NCBI GenBank assembly: GCA_036339635.1
Contig: JAYZAR010000043.1
Span: 10,906 to 74,905, forward strand
Length of the DNA stretch: 64,000 bases
Direction of reading: 5' to 3'
DNA from: Planctomycetota bacterium
GTDB taxonomy: Bacteria > Planctomycetota > Planctomycetia > Pirellulales > Pirellulaceae
A program made the translations under genes and the position numbers. This document shows, in pieces, positions 57,823 to 64,000 of the stretch (its first letter is position 1; every line of letters starts with the position of its first letter). Under the pieces are notes generated by a model that worked only from the letters and a program-made list of their open reading frames with translations, ran no database searches and was not told the DNA's origin.

Positions 57823-59076
57823 ATGAGCACCACTATACGGAGCGAGGCAGTTTTGCGTTTAAGCTACCCCAGGCCGATCTTGGCGAGAATTCGATCAAAA
57901 AGTATATGTCCCGCTAATTTAGTGTCGGTTAGAGGTTCCCAGGCTGTCTTGCTCGCATTGCTTTGGTGGTCATTCTCTATTGATGATGTCAGCCAGGCCC
58001 AGGAGACGATTTCGCCTGATCTGCCTGTCGAAGTCTTATCGATTGGTCAGGACGCTGCTAGGACTGGGGACGCTGCTAAGACTGGGGACGCTGCCAAGAA
58101 TGGGGATGCTACCGACCAAGAAGCTTCCTCCGGGACCGAGGTAAAGGTAGCGGCAGAGCTAGTACGACTCTATGAAAAGGGGGGCATGCCGGCAACCATC
58201 GATCAGTTGCGCCAGCTTGAAGACCAACAGCGAAGAGTGGCAGATGCCGCGGTTTCCTGTGCGGTGAGCGTTCAAATTGGTCCAGCGCAGGGTGGGGGCG
58301 TGATTGTCACCGATGACGGCTACATCCTGACTGCCGCCCATGTCGCGATGCGGCCGGGACGAGTGGCGAAGGTGACCCTGTCCAACGGGATGAGAGTGAA
58401 TGCAAAAACGCTCGGAATGAATCGTCACGTGGATGCCGGGCTGATCAAGATCGAACCGGGCCAGAATAACGGTCAGCCCTATCCCTTTGCCTCTCTCGGT
58501 GCCAGTGAAGATCTTGTACCTGGTATGTGGTGCGTTGCAACTGGTCATCCTGGTGGCTACGACCGCCGTCGTGGGCCCGTGACGAGAATTGGACGAATTT
58601 TGGCGGTCAGCGATTCTGCAATCGTGACCGATTGTGCCCTGGTCGGTGGCGATAGTGGCGGACCGCTGTTTGATCTCTCGGGCAAATTGATCGCGGTGCA
58701 TAGCCGCATTGGAAACGATGTAGCCGATAACTTGCATGTTCCAATCGACCATTACGACGATTCCTGGGATCGCATGCAGGCGGGTGAAGCATGGGGTTTT
58801 TTGCCCGGCTTCAAGCCAGTCATCGGGGTGCGAGGCGATGCGAAAGCCCCCGAAGCTGTCGTATCCTACGTCGCGCCCGGTTCACCGGCAGAACAGTGTG
58901 GAATCAAAGTTGCCGACGTGATTGTCGAGTTTGGTGAGGACGAGGTGACCGATTTCAATTCGCTACGTGAAGCGGTTGCCCAGACGATGCCAGGTGAAAG
59001 AGTGCGTTTATGGGTTCTGCGCGACGGGACTCGATTGGGTTTAACGCTCGAAGTTGGACGCGCCTCTGGAAAATAG
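57823..59076 (+). CDS. HtrA/DegP-like S1C serine protease with PDZ domain
   Basis: Catalytic triad LTAAHV / VDAGL / GDSGGP and a C-terminal PDZ domain. Start uncertain. Confidence 0.92.
   Translation: MSTTIRSEAVLRLSYPRPILARIRSKSICPANLVSVRGSQAVLLALLWWSFSIDDVSQAQETISPDLPVEVLSIGQDAARTGDAAKTGDAAKNGDATDQEASSGTEVKVAAELVRLYEKGGMPATIDQLRQLEDQQRRVADAAVSCAVSVQIGPAQGGGVIVTDDGYILTAAHVAMRPGRVAKVTLSNGMRVNAKTLGMNRHVDAGLIKIEPGQNNGQPYPFASLGASEDLVPGMWCVATGHPGGYDRRRGPVTRIGRILAVSDSAIVTDCALVGGDSGGPLFDLSGKLIAVHSRIGNDVADNLHVPIDHYDDSWDRMQAGEAWGFLPGFKPVIGVRGDAKAPEAVVSYVAPGSPAEQCGIKVADVIVEFGEDEVTDFNSLREAVAQTMPGERVRLWVLRDGTRLGLTLEVGRASGK
58051..58113 (+). repeat. In-frame tandem repeat 18 bp x3.5
   Basis: GACGCTGCTAGGACTGGG-like units encoding DAARTG DAAKTG DAAKNG DAT. 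Confidence 0.88.
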
Positions 59077-59126
59077 GCAATGGCTCGGGCGCAGATGATC
59101 TTGCTGAAATTTTTTATGGGAAAGCC

Positions 59127-60122
59127 ATGCAACGATTGAATTACACAGTGTTATTGGGTTGCTTGCTTGTTGCTCCTGCCGCTTTAATCGCGGACGAGCG
59201 GCGTGATAACGCAGACATGATTCGTTTGGTTAGCCCAATCGCTGAAAAAGCAAAGGGTTCCGTTGTCCAAGTGCTCAGTGGCGGCCGTCCTGTCGCGTTG
59301 GGAACCGTTGTTTCGGAAGATGGTTATGTGTTGACCAAGCGGAGTGAATTGAGCGGCGACCCGATTCGAGTCCGTCTGCACGATGGTCGTTTGTTGCCAG
59401 CGCGTGTAGCCGCTGTTCGACGCCATAATGATCTTGCGATGCTGCGCATCGATTCCGAGATCACTTTGCCATCTGTCGAATTTTCGACCAACGTTCCGCC
59501 AACCGCCAGCTTTTTGGTCAGTGTGGGCCGAACGGCGCGGCCGATTGGTTTGGGAGTGGTCGGCGTCAGCAAGACACGGCCTGTCGGACACCAAGGGCGG
59601 CTCGGAGTAATGTTGCAGGACGATGCTAGTGGACGCGCCCTGGTCAACGATGTTTTTCCGCAAAGCGGAGCTGCCCAGGCAGGAATTGAACCGGGGGATC
59701 TCATCGTTGCCGTCAACGGCCGCGAGGGAAGTACGCGGAAAGAAGTCATCGACCGATTGCGGGGGATGTTTCCGGGGGAAAATGTCCGTTTGACTATTTT
59801 GCGGGCCAACGAGGGCGAGGGCTTAGACACGTTGGAGATCGACGCACGTATCCGAGAGCTAAACGTGATGCGAGAATCTGCCAGCGATACCATGGTAAAT
59901 GGTCAGCGAAGTACTCGACTCAGTGGATTCGACCGCGTGATTCAACATGATACTGTTCTTGCTCCTGATGAATGTGGTGGGCCGCTTCTTGATTCGCTCG
60001 GTCGTGTCGTGGGTATCAACATTGCCCGTGCTGGTCGCGTTGTTACTTACGCATTGCCATCGGAATTGATTCTGCCTGAAATGCTTAGCATGCTGGAAGA
60101 ATCGCGGGCTTCAATGCGTTAG
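59127..60122 (+). CDS. Trypsin-like/PDZ protein, probably a catalytically altered HtrA paralog
   Basis: 'LTKRSEL' (no His), 'NDLA', internal PDZ, and 'QHDTVL.PDECGGP' (Cys at the Ser position). Confidence 0.85.
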   Translation: MQRLNYTVLLGCLLVAPAALIADERRDNADMIRLVSPIAEKAKGSVVQVLSGGRPVALGTVVSEDGYVLTKRSELSGDPIRVRLHDGRLLPARVAAVRRHNDLAMLRIDSEITLPSVEFSTNVPPTASFLVSVGRTARPIGLGVVGVSKTRPVGHQGRLGVMLQDDASGRALVNDVFPQSGAAQAGIEPGDLIVAVNGREGSTRKEVIDRLRGMFPGENVRLTILRANEGEGLDTLEIDARIRELNVMRESASDTMVNGQRSTRLSGFDRVIQHDTVLAPDECGGPLLDSLGRVVGINIARAGRVVTYALPSELILPEMLSMLEESRASMR

Positions 60123-60186
60123 CGGGCCTTGATGCACGCGTGAGATACTTTTCAATCATCCGAATGGAGCGTGCCACGATTGAATG

Positions 60187-60275
60187 ACTGACGTTTCTGG
60201 ATCACTGACGTTTCTGGATCACTGACGTTTCTGGATCACTGATGTTTCTGGATCACTGATGTTGCTGGATCACTG
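60187..60275 (+). repeat. Tandem repeat 17 bp x5.2
   Basis: ACTGACGTTTCTGGATC x3, ACTGATGTTTCTGGATC, ACTGATGTTGCTGGATC, ACTG. No spacers. Confidence 0.95.
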
Positions 60276-61121
60276 GCCCCGAGCATTTTTACAACGGCCA
60301 TCATTCGATAAGGTGGCCAGGTTCTCCCACAGCCAATGGATTGATTGCTCGATTCTCAGCTGATGATTTTCGGTCGTAATGCAATCGTGACCGAGTCCTT
60401 CGAGAATCACGGTTCGCTTGGGCCCCCGGTAGGCACGTATGAGCCTGTTTTGATAAAGCGGCGGGACGAGCTGATCGAACTCAGACTGCAAAAACACGGC
60501 TGGTAAATGACATCGCAGTGCTGTCGCCATCGCGTCCATGGAATCACAAAGGTGGTCGACTAACGGTCCTGCCCAGACCCCGAATGGGTAACGTCTGGCC
60601 TCGCGTTTGAAGACCGGTTTCAGCAAGGGTGGATTTCGTAACACAACTCCGCAGCGATCCGGATTCGCCTCGGTGGTCACAGCTACGTTCAACGCTGTGA
60701 GACAGCCGAGGCTGTTCCCACACAGCATGACGGGAGTCTGATGGGGATATTGTTTCGTAACTTGATCCCAGAATTCGACGGCGGCCATCCCGATTTTGGG
60801 CAAGCTGGCAGGGCCCGCGCTACGACCGTATCCAGGCGGATTCCAAGTCCACATCGCGATACGCAACGCGCTAAGTATCGACATCGGAAACGGACCGGAC
60901 CGCTCCGCTCGCCCGGCCGTTCCGGGGAATTTCAACACGACCAGTTCAGGAGTGAACCGATCTGGATCAAAATTTGTCTGCGTGAAGCACTCGATCGGCG
61001 AGGAGCCATTGCACAGCATCACGCGTTGTTGGGGCGCAAACTCGATCGGTTGCCGGGATGGTCGTAATACCATCCGATCCAACAAGTAACGTTGAAACGA
61101 TTCAATCGATCGTCGGATCAT
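60270..61121 (-). CDS. Alpha/beta hydrolase
   Basis: 'NPPGYGRS', GNSLG, 'DQLVP', 'LGHD'. ATG 61121 lies just downstream of the metG stop. Confidence 0.88.
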   Translation of the reverse strand: MIRRSIESFQRYLLDRMVLRPSRQPIEFAPQQRVMLCNGSSPIECFTQTNFDPDRFTPELVVLKFPGTAGRAERSGPFPMSILSALRIAMWTWNPPGYGRSAGPASLPKIGMAAVEFWDQVTKQYPHQTPVMLCGNSLGCLTALNVAVTTEANPDRCGVVLRNPPLLKPVFKREARRYPFGVWAGPLVDHLCDSMDAMATALRCHLPAVFLQSEFDQLVPPLYQNRLIRAYRGPKRTVILEGLGHDCITTENHQLRIEQSIHWLWENLATLSNDGRCKNARGQ

Positions 61122-61143
61122 TTCATCAACGAAGGCCGTTTTT

Positions 61144-63183
61144 TCAGTGAACTCTCTGACCGGGTAATGCTCCGTCGTCAACGCCCAGTATGAATACGTC
61201 GGCGTTGCCGGGGCCTGCAGCGGTGACCATGCCCTCACTGAGTCCGAACCGCATTTTTCGAGGTTTCAAATTAGCAACCATCACCACCAATCGGCCGACG
61301 AGCGCCTCGGGTTCGTAAGCCGCCTTGATCCCGGCGAAGACTTGTCGTTGCTCGTCGCCACCAAGTCCGAGGGTCAGCTTAAGTAGTTTGTTTGCTTCGG
61401 GGACCTGCTCGGCTTTGATCACGCGGGCAACCCGTAGATCAACCTTGGCAAAATCATCGATGGTGATTTCGTCTGCGAGCGGTTCATCCTTTAGCGGCTG
61501 GTCACTGTCATTGAAGGTGGGCTCGGCGGTTGTGTCCGCTTCGGCCGCTGCAAGCTCTTTGCTTTCCTCAATCATCTTCTGTAATTCCTCTGTTTGTAAA
61601 CGATCTAGCATACGTTTGAATTTTGTGACCGGCATCCCTAGTAAGGGCGTTCGGCTTTGCTCCCAACTAACAATGTCTTCACCCAGCAGTTCGCTGCATT
61701 GTGTAGTCAGGTCAGGCAAGACAGGCGACAAATAAATCGCAAGCTGTCGGAACAGGTTGAGCGCGACAGTGCAAACGTCCCGCAATTCGTCTTGTCTTGC
61801 TGGATCTTTTTTCATCTCCCATGGTTTGGCATGTTCGACGAATGGATTTGCAGCGTCGGCCAATTCCATGATTCTTCGCATGGCCCGAGAATAATCGCAA
61901 GCCTCATAAGCCTTTGCGATCTCGTCACCGGCGGCTGCCGCAGCTTCAAAGAGTCCACCGTCATCAGGGTAATTCTCAGACAATCCGGTTCCATGGGCGA
62001 ACTTGCCTACCCGGCTAGCCAAGTTGACGACCTTACCAACCAAGTCACTGTTGACTTTCTCGGCGAACTCTTCGACACCGAGGTCCAAGTCTTCCACGCG
62101 GGGTGTCAATTTGGTCGCGTAAAAGTAACGCAGATAGGAAGGATCTGCATACTTCAAATAAGTGTCTGCGGAGATCAAAGTCCCATCTCTTTTGGACATT
62201 TTCTTACCATCCACATTCAAAAATCCATGAATGTGTACTTTGCTTGGCAAGTTGTATCCGGCTGTTTTTAGCATGCCAGGCCAAAACAAAGTGTGGAAGT
62301 ACGTAATGTCCTTTCCGATGAAATGGTGGACTTCACAATCATCGTTTTTCCACCAATGTTCGAGGCGTTCTCCGTGGCCGTCGCACCATTGTTGGGTGCT
62401 GGCGATGTATCCGATTGGAGCGTCAAACCAAACGTACCAATAATGCCCAGGCGAATCAGGAATCTCAAAACCGAAATAGGGAGCGGGTCGACTGACATCC
62501 CAATCCCTTAGACGCTCAGCCAGAAAGTGGCCTTTTAGATAATTGGCGACCTCGCTTTGCAGAGCATCACTGGTGTTGACCCAATCGACTAACCAGTTGT
62601 GAAGTTTGTCTAGTTGAACAAAGAGGTGGATCGCTTCACGAAGAACCGGCGTTGCGCCACTGAGTGTGCTTTTGGGGTCGACCAAATCAGTGGGGTTGTA
62701 GGTGTGTCCGCACGTGCAATTATCGCCTGCTTGGTCTGTTCGGCCACATTTGGGACAGGTTCCTCGGACAAACCGATCAGCCAGGAACGTTTCGGCATCG
62801 GGGTCGTACAATTGCTCGATGGACCGTTCAGTGATCAGGTCGGCCTCTCGCAGTGCGTTCCAGAATTCTCCACAAATCTTGCGATTCGCTTCGCTATTGG
62901 TACTGCCGTAGTGATCAAAGTTGATCCCAAATCGATGGAAATCACGCTGATGTTCGTGACTCATCGCTTCAATGAGGTCTTCTTCAGTACGTCCCTCTCT
63001 TCGGGCACGGATCATGATTGCTGTGCCGTGGGTGTCGTCCGCGCAAATGTAGATGCACTGGTTGCCGCGAAGTTGCTGGAAGCGGACCCAGATGTCGGTC
63101 TGGATGTACTCCACCAAATGCCCGATGTGAATGGGGCCGTTGGCGTAGGGGAGGGCACTGGTAACGAGGATTTGGCGTGACAT
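61144..63183 (-). CDS. metG: Methionine--tRNA ligase
   Basis: '[12 protein letters not shown]', Zn knuckle CPKC, YVWFDA, KMSK and a C-terminal Trbp111-like domain. Confidence 0.98.
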   Translation of the reverse strand: MSRQILVTSALPYANGPIHIGHLVEYIQTDIWVRFQQLRGNQCIYICADDTHGTAIMIRARREGRTEEDLIEAMSHEHQRDFHRFGINFDHYGSTNSEANRKICGEFWNALREADLITERSIEQLYDPDAETFLADRFVRGTCPKCGRTDQAGDNCTCGHTYNPTDLVDPKSTLSGATPVLREAIHLFVQLDKLHNWLVDWVNTSDALQSEVANYLKGHFLAERLRDWDVSRPAPYFGFEIPDSPGHYWYVWFDAPIGYIASTQQWCDGHGERLEHWWKNDDCEVHHFIGKDITYFHTLFWPGMLKTAGYNLPSKVHIHGFLNVDGKKMSKRDGTLISADTYLKYADPSYLRYFYATKLTPRVEDLDLGVEEFAEKVNSDLVGKVVNLASRVGKFAHGTGLSENYPDDGGLFEAAAAAGDEIAKAYEACDYSRAMRRIMELADAANPFVEHAKPWEMKKDPARQDELRDVCTVALNLFRQLAIYLSPVLPDLTTQCSELLGEDIVSWEQSRTPLLGMPVTKFKRMLDRLQTEELQKMIEESKELAAAEADTTAEPTFNDSDQPLKDEPLADEITIDDFAKVDLRVARVIKAEQVPEANKLLKLTLGLGGDEQRQVFAGIKAAYEPEALVGRLVVMVANLKPRKMRFGLSEGMVTAAGPGNADVFILGVDDGALPGQRVH

Positions 63184-63550
63184 GGGGCTTCTCGAGTAAC
63201 CGAAGTTAGCGACGACAGCAGGAGGGCGAAGGCAAATGGATCAGGTCGGAATTGTCTTCGGCGGCGGACGAATTGTAATCATCTGGATTGATTTCGACGA
63301 CGCGACGCTAATGTGCTGCTGGCATTTAATTCCGGGAAAATGCGCGTGAAACTGAAAAAAGACTCAAGTTCGATGCCGCTCGGTTCGTTTGCCCTTGCCT
63401 TCGGCCGATCGGGTTATGGAGTATCCCAAAGCCGAGGATCCAAGGCATGAAGGCTGTGGAGTAGCGGTGGGATGACTCGCATCAAAGCAGGATGTGGCGA
63501 GACGAGTGACCCCAAACAGAGTCGTAAGCATGGTCCAAGGAGGGACGAGC

Positions 63551-64000
63551 GTGACGAAGCGAATGTTCGCGGTAGTGATAGCTGGTTTTCTAGCCATAAC
63601 GGGCATGACGGCACCAAAAGCCGTAGCCGATTCTATTCTGATCGTATTCTCCAGTAGCCACTGTCCGCCCTGCGAAGTGGTGAAGCCAACGTTGGCGGAA
63701 TTGGAGCGGTCTGGGATTCCGGTGCGGCGTGTTGACGTGCAGGTCGAACCACAATTGGTGGCCCGCTTTGGCGTTCGCCAGACTCCAACCTTTGTCATTG
63801 TCTCAGCGGGGAAAGAAGTCACACGACTGGTAGGCGTGCAATCGGCTCAGGATCTGCGTGCAGCACTCGCAATCGATCCGAGTGGGCCCCTGATTCCGAC
63901 CCGCTCCACAACGTCGACTCAGGGCGGCTTGAACACGCCACAAACGCATTTGGCCATACCTGATCCCGCCAGTGGTGGGTCGTCAGAACAATTGGTTTCC
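63551..64000 (+). CDS. Secreted thioredoxin-domain protein (partial; runs off the window)
   Basis: Not in the ORF track. AAGGAGG then GTG at 63551, a signal peptide, 'FSSSHCPPC', 'FGVRQTPTFV', and no stop before 64000. Confidence 0.85.
   Translation, partial: MTKRMFAVVIAGFLAITGMTAPKAVADSILIVFSSSHCPPCEVVKPTLAELERSGIPVRRVDVQVEPQLVARFGVRQTPTFVIVSAGKEVTRLVGVQSAQDLRAALAIDPSGPLIPTRSTTSTQGGLNTPQTHLAIPDPASGGSSEQLVS

Noticed and set aside
60187-60275. Possible CRISPR array
   Set aside because: The units are contiguous 17-mers with no spacers, and there are no cas genes in the window.
61122-61238. 95-bp overlap between metG and the alpha/beta hydrolase
   Set aside because: An ATG at 61121, just past the metG stop, removes the overlap.
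63184-63550. SAM riboswitch or T-box upstream of metG
   Set aside because: No SAM-I/II or T-box consensus is recognisable. The region is a divergent promoter gap.

Overview
This 64 kb window reads as Planctomycetota (Pirellulaceae-like) chromosome. It carries DUF1549/DUF1553, two DUF1501 genes, a PVC-type heme-binding CxxCH protein, PQQ-like beta-propellers and sulfatases. I found about 45 CDS, tRNA-Leu(TAA), a candidate 6S-like RNA, several gene remnants (33.6-34.0 kb and 38.6-42.7 kb) and seven short tandem duplications. No transposase, integrase, phage or CRISPR is visible. The most notable observations are: (1) a close bacterial homolog of the animal high-affinity choline transporter CHT1/SLC5A7 next to phosphatidylcholine synthase (pcs) and a sulfatase; (2) an egtD-ABC transporter-DUF427-egtB ergothioneine cluster with a betaine-type importer inside it and no egtA/C/E; (3) a NagB-PIG-L fusion whose NagB catalytic Asp is replaced; (4) a SELENBP1-type methanethiol oxidase homolog with a Tat-like leader; (5) an active plus pseudo HtrA pair. 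All family calls come from recognising motifs by eye; no database searches were run.
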